Shown here piece by piece: positions 25,803 through 35,682 of a DNA stretch of 64,000 bases. Within the stretch, counting starts at the first letter, position 1. Each line of letters begins with the position of its first letter. Below the pieces are notes generated by a model that was given only the letters and a program-made list of their open reading frames with translations, was not told the origin of the DNA and made no database searches. The translations under genes and the position numbers were made by a program. The stretch is taken from positions 1 through 64,000 of the IMG/VR virus record IMGVR_UViG_3300038465_000091; one strand, 5' to 3'.

Positions 25803-26111
25803 TCATTTTGCCCAACTCGGGTCTATCAATTTGAAATTCGTCCACAACGGTAAATCAAGTGTTGGCTTGAAAGGTTTCTTGCCGTCGCAACACCGTTCGC
25901 AGACTTGAGCATTGCCTATTTCTGTGAAGAAAAGGTGCTTCTCACAAAAATAGAGGCCGCAACCGTTGTCCCCACCGTAAAGGTCACCGCCGCAAACGTA
26001 CGACAATCCACGGTCAATTCTTTTCCCGCACTTGGGGTGGTCGCAAATGGAGGGAACCCCATACCCAATATCCCGCTTCCAGCGTTCATCGTAGCCAACT
26101 GCCCAGCCCAT
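25803..26111 (-). CDS. Cys-rich hypothetical phage protein
   Basis: MGW..GY...RDIGYGVP..CDHP.C...IDRGL.YVCG pattern familiar from phage genomes; function unknown. Confidence 0.7.
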   Translation of the reverse strand: MGWAVGYDERWKRDIGYGVPSICDHPKCGKRIDRGLSYVCGGDLYGGDNGCGLYFCEKHLFFTEIGNAQVCERCCDGKKPFKPTLDLPLWTNFKLIDPSWAK

Positions 26112-27157
26112 TAAACCGCCCCCACTTCATCTGTTAGTTCCTTAATTCTAGCACCTTCGTACAATTCAAGCATAGGGTAAACCGCTTTGAGACGCTCGAA
26201 AGTCTTCTTGATGTGGTCCCCGTTCACCGCTGTCACCACCAGTACGGAGTTCATGCGGGGAATCATGATGCACGTTTCCTTGGTGATATCGAAGTCACGG
26301 AAGACCTCGTACATGATCTTGCGGGAGAACAGAACCTCGTTGAGGATGTCCCCGCCCGATTTAGATCGGAAATTGTACGGAATATCCTTAGCTGTCAGAA
26401 TGGTTTCCGGGCCCTGCGCGAACACTGTCTCGGCAAGGCGCGGTGTCGTCCCCGGCTGCCAAGCGATGTAGAACGGTTTGAGGTTAGGGAACACCCGTAA
26501 GTATTTGTCGCCGCCAACTCCGATCATGCTGAGGTTGCGGCTGTCCGCGAAGGCTGGCGTGCTGCCTTTGGGACTCACCCTGAAGCTCACCTGTCCGTCG
26601 AACTGAGCGATCAGGTTGACCGCCCGCACCCTGCTGATGAGGTTGTTGAACTTCTGCTCATCTGTGGTCTTAGCTTCCTTGATTTTTTTGGCTTTGGGTG
26701 CAAATGGGTCGAGTTTTGGGTGCTTCCAGCTACCCTTGATACCCGCTAGTTCCTTCTGGGCATCCCCAACGGCATACTGCATCCCTGTGTAACCCTGAAG
26801 GTTCAGAAGCACCTGCGTAAAGAGGTTGTAATCCAGCAGGGGGTGGGCGAGCTTGAGGATCATCAGCTTGTCGTAGCCCGTGGGAGTGGACTTAACTTCA
26901 GGCCCAGCTTCCAGCCACGCAGCTTCGAGAATCTTCCAGATGATAGCCGCCCAGTGGTTAGTACGGCTGAATTCTACACCCTCGGGGGCTTTCTGAAGCT
27001 GTGCGGCAACGCCTTTGAAAAGGTCTTCGGATGGAATCTCGGGCGCTGGGATGGCAAAGAATCGCTTGAACGCGGCTTCGAGTGAAGTCTCAGACTCAAA
27101 TGTCGAATTGATCTTAGCCGTGAAAAGCTCGGCTACACGCTGGTAGATTTCTTGCAT
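26111..27157 (-). CDS. Hypothetical protein (~350 aa)
   Basis: Long ORF; likely start MQEIYQ. Confidence 0.7.
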   Translation of the reverse strand: MQEIYQRVAELFTAKINSTFESETSLEAAFKRFFAIPAPEIPSEDLFKGVAAQLQKAPEGVEFSRTNHWAAIIWKILEAAWLEAGPEVKSTPTGYDKLMILKLAHPLLDYNLFTQVLLNLQGYTGMQYAVGDAQKELAGIKGSWKHPKLDPFAPKAKKIKEAKTTDEQKFNNLISRVRAVNLIAQFDGQVSFRVSPKGSTPAFADSRNLSMIGVGGDKYLRVFPNLKPFYIAWQPGTTPRLAETVFAQGPETILTAKDIPYNFRSKSGGDILNEVLFSRKIMYEVFRDFDITKETCIMIPRMNSVLVVTAVNGDHIKKTFERLKAVYPMLELYEGARIKELTDEVGAV

Positions 27158-27765
27158 ACTTTTTGAACCTTCTCTCGTGGACAATACCCGTACATTCCTC
27201 TGGAACAGTTGCAATTCCAACACAGCAGACGAAACTCATCCTTGGGAAATCCACGTTTACGCAGCCACGAATAAAATGGCGCACCACTACTGGGGCATTT
27301 AGCTTCTGTTCGTTGCTTTCTACCCCCACCCTTTATATGATCGACGTTCAAGAACTCGGGCTCATTAACCATACACCCACACGGGCAACTGCATTTACCG
27401 CCATAAACTTGTAACGTTTCATGGCGTAATGCCTTAAGCCATTCTTTAATGCGTAACGCGCATTGTTCGCATTTTGAACCGTGTGCTGGCGGTTTGCCAC
27501 AATGACACAAACCCAACTTTCTGTTCTTTCTTGCAGCCGCGTTCACCCGATTTGCGTGTACCGAACACTGTTTTTTACCTGACACGACAGCTTTTCCACA
27601 GTGGCAAAGCCCCTTCAAACGATTCGCTGCCGCCCAGTCTTTCATTTGCTGGCCGCAACATATTTTGCAGACTTGACGCCTCCCACCCCTGCTTGGCGTG
27701 TGTAAGGCAAATTCACCAATGGGTTTTGGTGTATCACACTTCTTACAAGTTCGTTCCTTTTCCAT
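27133..27765 (-). CDS. HNH-type endonuclease with repeated Zn fingers
   Basis: CKKC, two CHCG repeats, LNVDHIKGGG...CWNCN. Confidence 0.8.
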   Translation of the reverse strand: MEKERTCKKCDTPKPIGEFALHTPSRGGRRQVCKICCGQQMKDWAAANRLKGLCHCGKAVVSGKKQCSVHANRVNAAARKNRKLGLCHCGKPPAHGSKCEQCALRIKEWLKALRHETLQVYGGKCSCPCGCMVNEPEFLNVDHIKGGGRKQRTEAKCPSSGAPFYSWLRKRGFPKDEFRLLCWNCNCSRGMYGYCPREKVQKVCKKSTSV

Positions 27766-28201
27766 TCATGATCCCCTGAACATCTACGGCTAGGGATACG
27801 CCACGGTCAAAAAGGTCTTGACACCCTTCCCGTCCCTCCACAACTCCCTGCATAGAATAATTCAGAAAGTCTAAAATCTCTTGATAAGCGTCCATGGCGG
27901 CATCTCGACCATTGAATGCCTTGAGGCGAGTGCCGTACTTTCGTTCACCAAGGCGAATGCGGGCCTCAATGTCTTCTGCGATCTCGTAAAGACCTAACGC
28001 TTTGAGCCGCTCAGCGGCAACGACAGCGACATCAATACCATCGCCAACGGGTGTGGGCTGTGGGGCAGCCGCGTCATAATGTTTGGACTTACCAAAAACA
28101 GCGTCAGCAAAGCTCTTTGGGTCGCGCAGCGGGGTCGATGTTATATCGTCAGAATAATTGTTTGGTTCGGAAGTTATGCCCATGGGGAGAATCCTCTCCA
28201 T
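27743..28201 (-). CDS. Hypothetical protein, possible all-alpha nucleotide pyrophosphatase-like fold
   Basis: R..LGERKYGTRL..FNGRD...DAYQE.LD..NY acidic helix motif. Confidence 0.45.
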   Translation of the reverse strand: MERILPMGITSEPNNYSDDITSTPLRDPKSFADAVFGKSKHYDAAAPQPTPVGDGIDVAVVAAERLKALGLYEIAEDIEARIRLGERKYGTRLKAFNGRDAAMDAYQEILDFLNYSMQGVVEGREGCQDLFDRGVSLAVDVQGIMNGKGTNL

Positions 28202-28216
28202 GTCTAATACCCGATT

Positions 28217-28513
28217 TTAGATGTCTCCATGGAGGACAAAGGGTTTAATCTCTTCATAAATCATACGAGGTATAGGGCTATGTCGCTTGACGAGATCGAA
28301 TTGATTGACACTTTCCAAGGGCCACCCCTTGGCTTCAACGCTACCCGCCTTTTCGCAAATACTTTCGGCTTGTTCCTTGCTGGTCACATATCCAATAATT
28401 TCATAGCCAAACGCTTGATCGAGGCTGTTTTCTAATCTATCCGTCCACATCTTTTTAATGAGATACATTAAAAATCCATCTCCTCTTTGAGGCCCGCACG
28501 CCATGCTTTCCAA
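28217..28513 (-). CDS. Hypothetical protein
   Basis: ORF in operon; an internal start MYLIKK is likely. Confidence 0.5.
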   Translation of the reverse strand: MESMACGPQRGDGFLMYLIKKMWTDRLENSLDQAFGYEIIGYVTSKEQAESICEKAGSVEAKGWPLESVNQFDLVKRHSPIPRMIYEEIKPFVLHGDI

Positions 28514-29274
28514 AGTTCGACCTTTGGCTTCATCTTCTCCACTATCTGCTCAAGGGAAGGAGGATAGAAGTCCCAGCAATCCACGCCCACGTCGAACGAG
28601 AGCATGTTGCCCAGTACCCTGTCCTTCCAACCCTCCAGTTGGTTGTGGGAATGCCCATACAGCGACCAGACGCCTTTGTTGGAGCCGTGCCACGTAAGAT
28701 GAGCGTAATGGCTCAGCATAATCTTGTGCTTGGTCTGGCCTGCGTCCATGATGCCCGAGGGAATCACGACATCAATGCGCTTCCTGTCCTTGACCCAAAT
28801 CCATGCTCCGTGCTTCGCCATCTGCACGGCGATGCTGTCATGGTTGCCTTCGAGCAGGAAGTTCTGTCCGATGAGGCGCTTTTGGATAGCCAAAGCCTGT
28901 TCCAGTGTGCAGTTCAGGAAAACGTCACCCAGATTGTAGACGCGGGAACTCTTCTTGACCACGGAGTTACGCCGCTCGATAATCGCCTCGTTCATCTCGG
29001 CGAGCCCAATGGCCTCCAACGCTTTCAGGTCGTGCTTCAGGGCGGCTTCATCGTCCGCAAAAACCTTCACCGATTCCTCGCTAACCTCTCCAGTCTTCAG
29101 GAGGGCCTTGGCAACGTTCAGATGGTTCTCGGCGGCGGACCACTTCCTACCCAATTCCATGAGTTGGGCTTGCGGACCAAACGGGCGTCCCTTCCCGAGC
29201 CACAGGATTTTGCCGTGGTTGAAGTGGTAATCGCTGGTAAAAAACACGTCAGACGTTTGCGTTAAAATGGTCAT
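28468..29274 (-). CDS. Calcineurin-like metallophosphoesterase
   Basis: SDYHFNH, LGD, GNHD, SHY, YGHSH, DVGVD motifs. Confidence 0.92.
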   Translation of the reverse strand: MTILTQTSDVFFTSDYHFNHGKILWLGKGRPFGPQAQLMELGRKWSAAENHLNVAKALLKTGEVSEESVKVFADDEAALKHDLKALEAIGLAEMNEAIIERRNSVVKKSSRVYNLGDVFLNCTLEQALAIQKRLIGQNFLLEGNHDSIAVQMAKHGAWIWVKDRKRIDVVIPSGIMDAGQTKHKIMLSHYAHLTWHGSNKGVWSLYGHSHNQLEGWKDRVLGNMLSFDVGVDCWDFYPPSLEQIVEKMKPKVELWKAWRAGLKEEMDF

Positions 29275-29584
29275 AAAGCCTTACAATCCATTCACGAAAT
29301 TCCTGCACCGTTCGAACATCTTTAGCACGATTACAGATTGAACAACAGGGAACGATATTACTTCGTGTGTACCCCTTTGTATTATCTTCCCTGTCAACAA
29401 TATGGCAAAACAATATTTTATTCCTCAATGGATTTCTTCGCCACTATCATACCACAGTAGTCAAGCTGCACCTTGTCAAGGCACTCTTTGCCGCAGACCA
29501 ACGCTTTGCTCAGGGGTTCCCGCCACGCCCGCTGGTATGACATCGGCCTAGCACAGCCCGCACAGAAAAGTTCGAAGTCTCGCA

Positions 29585-29959
29585 TTAGAATTCCTCGACC
29601 TTCAAGTTACTGGGGTGCATCATCTTGTCCACGGACTCGATTACCGAATCCTCCATCTCATCGTTAAGAACACTGATCTCAAAATCCTCGTTGATCTCCC
29701 TGAGTCTGCGGGCGACCTCGGCCTTGTGCCACTTCAGGAATACGTCGTTCCTCGCCAGTTTTATGAACGCCGCCTCTCGGTTCTTGGCCTGATCCCGTCC
29801 GTCGCGGTGCTCTGCCCGTGCCCCCGAAGCCTTGTGAATGATTCGGACGCCGTTCTGTTTCGCGTTTCTATGCTGTCCGCCCGCTCCACCCGTACAGAAA
29901 GTTTGAACCAGAAAGTCTTTCTTGGTCAGGCTGAACAGCAATTTCATTTCTTTTGCCAT
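29585..29959 (-). CDS. RF-1 domain peptidyl-tRNA hydrolase (ArfB/YaeJ-like)
   Basis: TGGAGGQHRN (GGQ motif), VRIIH.ASG, R.Q..NRE.A. Confidence 0.9.
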   Translation of the reverse strand: MAKEMKLLFSLTKKDFLVQTFCTGGAGGQHRNAKQNGVRIIHKASGARAEHRDGRDQAKNREAAFIKLARNDVFLKWHKAEVARRLREINEDFEISVLNDEMEDSVIESVDKMMHPSNLKVEEF

Positions 29960-30773
29960 TATTTTCCACCAAAATCGTCGTAGTCTTCGGGATCATTCCT
30001 GCTGGGAACGTATGGGTCACAATCCCCGATGAGAGCATCCCACTCAGGGGTGCACCGATAGACGATCTCATCGCGGTCGGTTGCCTCGAATGCTTTGATG
30101 CATCGACGCAATGCGGAGGCATACGGGGTCTGATCGTTCATTATGAATGCCTTGGATGCCAGCAGTGTGTAAAGCATGGGCGGCTGCATGTTGTACGCAA
30201 TGTCGGCCATCCCAAAATGGGCAAACAACTTCAGTTCCTTTTCGGAATAGGTCGCATCTCCAAGCATTGGGAACTCCTATACTCTAATACCATCATTTAC
30301 GGGATTTTACTTGTCGCCGCTTACACGGTAGAGTATGCGTTGAAACAGGGTGGGGGTGTCGAGTGCATCGCATATCGCTGCGTCCGCATGAAAAGCGATT
30401 AGGCCGCAGGCAAGGACTTTGGAGACTTTAGTCTTGTGATTTCTTAGTTCATATACGCCAACTGTGGCTATCATCACATGCCAAAGTGATTTGATGGCGC
30501 GTGACCGATAGCCTTCTGATTCGGAAGTCATTTCTCTCTCTTTGGAGTCGGCAATAAATACGATGCCAACTTTACGAGCCATGCGGGTAATTTTTTCGGT
30601 TCATTCCACTTGGGCAGATGAGGCCAGACACCTAGCGGATATTCCAACCGAACTTGCTGGTACACCCGAATCTCTCTGGAGTGCCGTGACATCTTGTAAC
30701 CAGCCCACGCAGCCCCTACAATTGAGACGGTTCCTAGCGTCACCATCGCCACATCGTACAAAGTGATGTGCAT
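29959..30773 (-). CDS. Three small hypothetical genes (29959-30267, 30307-30582, 30528-30773)
   Basis: Tandem ORFs, two with TM-like segments. Confidence 0.5.
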
Positions 30774-30785
30774 AAATTGACTCTA

Positions 30786-31787
30786 TCATGAGAGATTGCA
30801 TAGTTCAAGAAATAGTTGAAGTACTTTTGGATCGTCACAAAGTTGTTTCGCGATCTCACGAGGTTCGGACGTTTCCATCCCGTCAACCACTTCATCCATC
30901 TGCGAGAAGAAGTCCAAAACGTTGCCCGATTTTGCCGCCCTCTCGACGCCCTTATCGGCGTGCACGAAGATCACTTCTAGCGGCTTGACTGGGATGTCTT
31001 TCTCTTTGTAACGGATGCCATCCTGAGCAAAGGAGAGAATAGCCGCGACCACGGGGCGATCTTTCTCGTCGTAGGAGAACGCCGCCCGAGCCATTGACCC
31101 CAAATTTACGTGGGCGACGTTGCCGACAGTCTCGGTCTCCTTGCGGCTATGATCGTGACCCCAGAGCAGGAAATCGAAATCTAGATGAGCCACTTGGTTG
31201 TAACCGATCTTGGGCTCTCCGTACAGGGTGCCGCCGTTCCCGGGCTCGCCGTAAGCGTGAACAACGCCCACCCGATACTTGGCTTCGGGATGACGCGGCG
31301 GGGCCGATAGCAGGGCTTGAAGGGTCTTGTCCCCCGTGGCGTAAGGAAAGGTCTCGACGCTCACCTTAACGCTATCGTCGGCATTGGAGAACAGGACGGG
31401 CTCACGGTTCAGGTCGCGGTAGACGCCAGCAGCGATCAGCAACCCTAGCGGCTGAGAAAGGAGAGAATCCATGCGGTCGTAGGATAGATCGTGATTGCCA
31501 ATAGACCCGTAGACGCAGCCCGTAGGAAAGCCCCGAAATGCATGGAGCAGACCGACAATAAGGCTGAAACTGTTAGCAGGATGTTTTGGCTTCTTTTCAT
31601 GGAATACGTCCCCACCGCAAATACCAACTCCGTTGAGCTTCTTTGTAAGATCGGAAACGAAGTTTAGTTTTGCGAAAAGAGCGGCTTTGTAGTCGTCGCC
31701 ACGACGACCGGGAGGAATTTCACTGAAATGCCAGTCGGTGCTCCAGACCAAATTGATCTTATCGTGCGGTAGTTGAACTCGAATCAC
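30786..31787 (-). CDS. SbcD/Mre11-like nuclease
   Basis: TDWH, GGDVFH, GNHD, VVHA, GHDH, NLGS motifs; close to an SbcC-like ATPase. Confidence 0.88.
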   Translation of the reverse strand: MIRVQLPHDKINLVWSTDWHFSEIPPGRRGDDYKAALFAKLNFVSDLTKKLNGVGICGGDVFHEKKPKHPANSFSLIVGLLHAFRGFPTGCVYGSIGNHDLSYDRMDSLLSQPLGLLIAAGVYRDLNREPVLFSNADDSVKVSVETFPYATGDKTLQALLSAPPRHPEAKYRVGVVHAYGEPGNGGTLYGEPKIGYNQVAHLDFDFLLWGHDHSRKETETVGNVAHVNLGSMARAAFSYDEKDRPVVAAILSFAQDGIRYKEKDIPVKPLEVIFVHADKGVERAAKSGNVLDFFSQMDEVVDGMETSEPREIAKQLCDDPKVLQLFLELCNLS

Positions 31788-32203
31788 TATTTACCCCAAC
31801 GTTGCTGGCGTAGACCGTTCGGAGGAAAAGGACCCTCCAGTGTGGACATGGCGGGGACGCCTTTCCAGTAGTCTTCGAGTAGGCATTGCTGGGCGGCGGC
31901 GATGATGAGACCGAGCGCGTTGCTGCCATCGACCCCTTCTTGTGGAGTTTGCGACCAGCAATGACCCATGCGAATGTGGTGCCCACGGATCGTGACGGTG
32001 TACTCCGTGTTGCCGTAGGCGAACTGGTAATCCCAGCAGCCGTTGGGACATTCGGAGTAGGATTCGCAGAGGGTGCCCTCAGAAATGTAATCGCGGTAGC
32101 CGTCCTTGAGGCGACTACCGCAGATGGGGCATTGAGCATAGCCGAACCGCAGGGGTGCGGACAAGCCATACGGGAAACCGAAACTAACTGGAGCTAAAGC
32201 CAA
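31787..32203 (-). CDS. Hypothetical Zn-ribbon protein
   Basis: CPIC...CPNGC; coupled to neighbours. Confidence 0.55.
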   Translation of the reverse strand: MALAPVSFGFPYGLSAPLRFGYAQCPICGSRLKDGYRDYISEGTLCESYSECPNGCWDYQFAYGNTEYTVTIRGHHIRMGHCWSQTPQEGVDGSNALGLIIAAAQQCLLEDYWKGVPAMSTLEGPFPPNGLRQQRWGK

Positions 32204-32388
32204 GGCAGTCTCCCCTCATCCAGTCGGCGTAGCACTCGGCACACAGTCGGCAATCACTTGATGAGCCGGGTCTGTTGAATGGCGCTGGCTTGTAGCAGCA
32301 CCAATCAGGAGACGGCGGGATCATCATGCCGAACTTCCCTTCCCTGATGGACCCAAGGGTGCGTGTGCAATGATACTCCGTCATTTTC

Positions 32389-32871
32389 TTAACGGGCTGT
32401 AACTGACTCACTGGAAGCCTCACGCTTATTCAACAGAATGATTTCTGTAATCTTGAGGGCGTCATCCAGATTGTCCACGCGGAACTGGGCGATCTCTCGC
32501 ACCATCGGATAGTCATGTGGGTTGCCTTCTTTTTCGATAACCAAAACCGAAGGCACCCGAGCAGCGTCACACCAGCCCATTTCGACCATTGTACCGATGG
32601 AAATCCGTTGTGCACCCAATAAGTAGAATACCACCAAGTCGGCTCCCGTGCAATCATAGCGATCTCTAGAGGTCAGACCCTTATCTGTGGACATGGGGAA
32701 TTCGCTATACGAGCCTTCGAGCGGTCCCAGATTGGCTAGGTAATCCTTACCGCGAAGCGGAGAATAAGCGGCGATGCGGGGGTCTACGCGGCGAGAGAAT
32801 TCGTTCCGCCACTCTTGTGCCTCGGCGAACGTGCTTCCAGCTATAGGGCCAGCCAAATAGACTTTGAACAT
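32389..32871 (-). CDS. Nucleoside 2-deoxyribosyltransferase-like protein
   Basis: VYLAGPI, RDRYD..GADLVV, SIGTMVEMG motifs. Confidence 0.85.
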   Translation of the reverse strand: MFKVYLAGPIAGSTFAEAQEWRNEFSRRVDPRIAAYSPLRGKDYLANLGPLEGSYSEFPMSTDKGLTSRDRYDCTGADLVVFYLLGAQRISIGTMVEMGWCDAARVPSVLVIEKEGNPHDYPMVREIAQFRVDNLDDALKITEIILLNKREASSESVTAR

Positions 32872-33107
32872 TATTTGAACTCCGGCGCTTCGTGCACATC
32901 AAAATAGTAATACTTCCCGAGCGTGAACTGCTTCAATGCTTCGGGGTTGTTGCAGGTCATCTCGAATGACCCACTGGGAGTAGAGCTATAAAACCTCTGA
33001 TGCTCCTCTATACGGCTATCGTAGGTCGCCGAGAAGTAGAGAATTTCGACGGCTGGGTTATAGCAGGTCTTTTTTACCGCCTGAAACTGGAACAATGCTC
33101 TGACCAT
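32871..33107 (-). CDS. Hypothetical protein
   Basis: MVRALFQF...F...TPSG..EM...NP.AL.QF..GK.YY.D; SD GAGGG. Confidence 0.6.
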   Translation of the reverse strand: MVRALFQFQAVKKTCYNPAVEILYFSATYDSRIEEHQRFYSSTPSGSFEMTCNNPEALKQFTLGKYYYFDVHEAPEFK

Positions 33108-33146
33108 GGTTAGTCCCTCACTTCTCATCAATACTGAGTTTTTAGA

Positions 33147-33446
33147 TTATCCCTGTTGAAGTTCTCGGTATTGCTCCATGAGGTCCTCACCCTGCGCCAA
33201 TTGGGTGTTCAGGGTTTCAAGCTGCTCGGCGAGATTGGCTTCCAAGCTAGTTGCGAGGGCTTGCAACTCTTTGGCTGTCATGGCTTCGGGGTTCTCAATT
33301 CCGAGTTCCCGCAGCTTCCGATAAGCTTCTTCCAGCTTGCCCTGTTCGAGACCCTTCTGTTGGTTGATCTGATCCCGCCCGCTCTGAAGGGTGGTCACCC
33401 GGGCTTTAAGCTGCTTCAATCGTTCCTGTGTCTGTTCGAGTTCCAT
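33147..33446 (-). CDS. Coiled-coil hypothetical protein
   Basis: Heptad-rich 99 aa with SD GGAG. Confidence 0.7.
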   Translation of the reverse strand: MELEQTQERLKQLKARVTTLQSGRDQINQQKGLEQGKLEEAYRKLRELGIENPEAMTAKELQALATSLEANLAEQLETLNTQLAQGEDLMEQYRELQQG

Positions 33447-33987
33447 TTGCTTTCTCCATCTGAAATCTTACTACCCTCTCTAAATACAACATAAACTCAG
33501 CGTATCTCATGTCTCTTTTAGAGAGGTTGCACGTCTTGCAGCAGGGTAAACAGTTTTCTGGCACGTAGCCAACGACATTATCTTTTCTGTCAATACCGTT
33601 GCAGTCCCAGCCGCCGTTGTACCGTTGCTCTCGCTGCCGCTTGCTTGAATGATAAACATAGTCCCGTTCGGTCGGTGGAGCACCGCAATAGTGACAGTTC
33701 TGTTTAGCTATGACAACGAACTGTTCAACCGTCAACTCCCAGACCAATCCGCGTTGCTTTGCGGCGTGTCTGTATCGAGAGATTATCATATTTCGAGTAG
33801 CGATTCCTTTAGGCTGAAATCTCTGGTCAACCACCACTCGGTTTGCGTGAACAGCACACATTGTCTTCCCTTGCCTAGCTGGATTTGGACAACGAATACA
33901 TTCACCATCCTTGATTTTTTGCGCTCTCCTCGCCTTAGTGTTCTTTCTTTGATTAGCGTTCTTTTCCTTGATGTCCTTATACGGCAT
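33406..33987 (-). CDS. HNH homing endonuclease
   Basis: CHYCG...NGIDRKDNVVGYVPENCLPCCKTCNLSK. Confidence 0.88.
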   Translation of the reverse strand: MPYKDIKEKNANQRKNTKARRAQKIKDGECIRCPNPARQGKTMCAVHANRVVVDQRFQPKGIATRNMIISRYRHAAKQRGLVWELTVEQFVVIAKQNCHYCGAPPTERDYVYHSSKRQREQRYNGGWDCNGIDRKDNVVGYVPENCLPCCKTCNLSKRDMRYAEFMLYLERVVRFQMEKANGTRTDTGTIEAA

Positions 33988-33998
33988 TGGTTAACCCC

Positions 33999-35177
33999 CT
34001 ACTGGGGGATTGCTAGTCGCTTTCCGCAATTAGGACACATCCCATCAAAGCCGCACTTCGGGCAAAGCCCCTTCTTCAAGTCTTCCTGAGCTTGAGTCAA
34101 CTCTGAGTCGATTTGAGTCAATTCCGCTGTCTTGGCCTTCAGGCTGCGGCGAAGCTCGATCACCTGCCCTATCGTTCTAATACTGGAATATAAACCGACC
34201 AGTGCCGAGTATTGCGCCCCCGTGTCCTCGATGTTTGGGAACTCGCGGCGGCTGACGATCAGGTCTCGGAGGGTCTCCACAGCGACCAGCTTCCGCCAAA
34301 CCGCCAGCAGCGCAGCCCATGGCTCCGAAGTACCATCTATGGCCGTAGTCACTTTGCCGAGCCATTTGCTCAGGATGCGGGATTCACTCGCCTGTGTGAG
34401 GTAGGCGACTTGCTGGGCTAGTTGCTCGGCGGCAACCGTATTTGGCACCGCCAGAGCGTTCTGGAGCCTTTCTAGGGGCTTCAGACGGGTTAGGCGGCTC
34501 GTAGCCTCACCAACCCACACCGACTTGGCATCCAGCAGCCTGACGCGAAGTTCAAGCTCGTGAAGGGTGCTGATAACGCAACCCCCATTTGCGCTCAGGA
34601 CCATGAGTTTATTCTTCCGCTCCTCAGCTTCACGAATCTCCGCAGCTAAGGTTTTAGCTTCACCATTCTTGTCACTTACCCGTGACCCGGCCTCTTTCTT
34701 GCCAGCTTCCAACTTCTCCGTGCCGCCGAAAGCACCGAGGATAGCATTCAGGTCGGCGGGCTTGTAGGCCCGTTTGTCCAGCAGGAATTGAGGATCGTTC
34801 TGCACCCCGAAGATCGGGTCAAAGTCAAAGTCCCCGATAGTGATCTCTCCGCAGAGTAGGTCTTTGACGGGCGGCGGGACATGACCGTCCAGACTGGTGT
34901 AGGCGTTCTTCTCGTCACCGTTGAGGACGTACTTGACCTTCCCCGCCTTGTTGCGGGTTGCCTTGATCGTTATCCCGTTGATTTCGAGGGTGAGTTCGAG
35001 GGGTTCTTTCTTGGGATCACGGATAAAAGCGGCGTCAAGCTCGTTGCGGAGGATACCACGCAGGGCACGGGACAGGCTGGACTTTCCCTTGTTGGATGGG
35101 CCTGTGAGGACGGTGAGCCCGCCGATTTCAAGCTCGAAGTCCGCCCATGGTTGGAAATTTTTGCCTGAGAGTCTCAC
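33999..35177 (-). CDS. SbcC/Rad50-like ATPase, N-terminal half only
   Basis: Walker A TGPSNKGKSS, Q-loop region, coiled coil ending in CPKC/CPNC; no signature or Walker B. GTG start 5 nt after TATTAG. Confidence 0.85.
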   Translation of the reverse strand: MRLSGKNFQPWADFELEIGGLTVLTGPSNKGKSSLSRALRGILRNELDAAFIRDPKKEPLELTLEINGITIKATRNKAGKVKYVLNGDEKNAYTSLDGHVPPPVKDLLCGEITIGDFDFDPIFGVQNDPQFLLDKRAYKPADLNAILGAFGGTEKLEAGKKEAGSRVSDKNGEAKTLAAEIREAEERKNKLMVLSANGGCVISTLHELELRVRLLDAKSVWVGEATSRLTRLKPLERLQNALAVPNTVAAEQLAQQVAYLTQASESRILSKWLGKVTTAIDGTSEPWAALLAVWRKLVAVETLRDLIVSRREFPNIEDTGAQYSALVGLYSSIRTIGQVIELRRSLKAKTAELTQIDSELTQAQEDLKKGLCPKCGFDGMCPNCGKRLAIPQ

Positions 35178-35208
35178 CCTATCTAATACTGTGATTACGG
35201 TGCTTCTC

Positions 35209-35664
35209 TTATACAACGGCTAGGGGGCTAGGGGTCTTCGGTGTTTGCTGAAACGCGAACGGGGGGACAGCGGGGGTCGGAAATATTACGCGAAGTTCGG
35301 GCGTCGGCACCACTGCGTCTGGGTACAACAGATGTTTCGCGGCTTCGATTGAGAGTGGGGCAGTTAAAACGACAAACACGACCACGGACGCAAGGGTGAT
35401 TCCGATCAGCCACTTCGTCAGCGTTTCAAGTTTGATTGTGCGGGAGATCAGACGTTCGGTTTGATCCAATCCCACTCGTGCGATCACTGCCTGTTGTTGG
35501 TCAATACCAAAAGTGAATGCCGCTAACATTTCACGACCGTCAGCCGCCGAGGTTGGCTCTGGGCTACGCGCTCGCACGAGGGCTTCCCCATGAAAGAAAT
35601 GCGCCTCTGACTCAGTAATGAAGCCCTTTTGGATGTTGACTAAGGCTTTGGGATCGTAGATCAT
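35209..35664 (-). CDS. Hypothetical membrane protein
   Basis: One TM segment; SD GGGAG. Confidence 0.6.
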   Translation of the reverse strand: MIYDPKALVNIQKGFITESEAHFFHGEALVRARSPEPTSAADGREMLAAFTFGIDQQQAVIARVGLDQTERLISRTIKLETLTKWLIGITLASVVVFVVLTAPLSIEAAKHLLYPDAVVPTPELRVIFPTPAVPPFAFQQTPKTPSPLAVV

Positions 35665-35682
35665 TTGATTGTCTCCCCGTTT

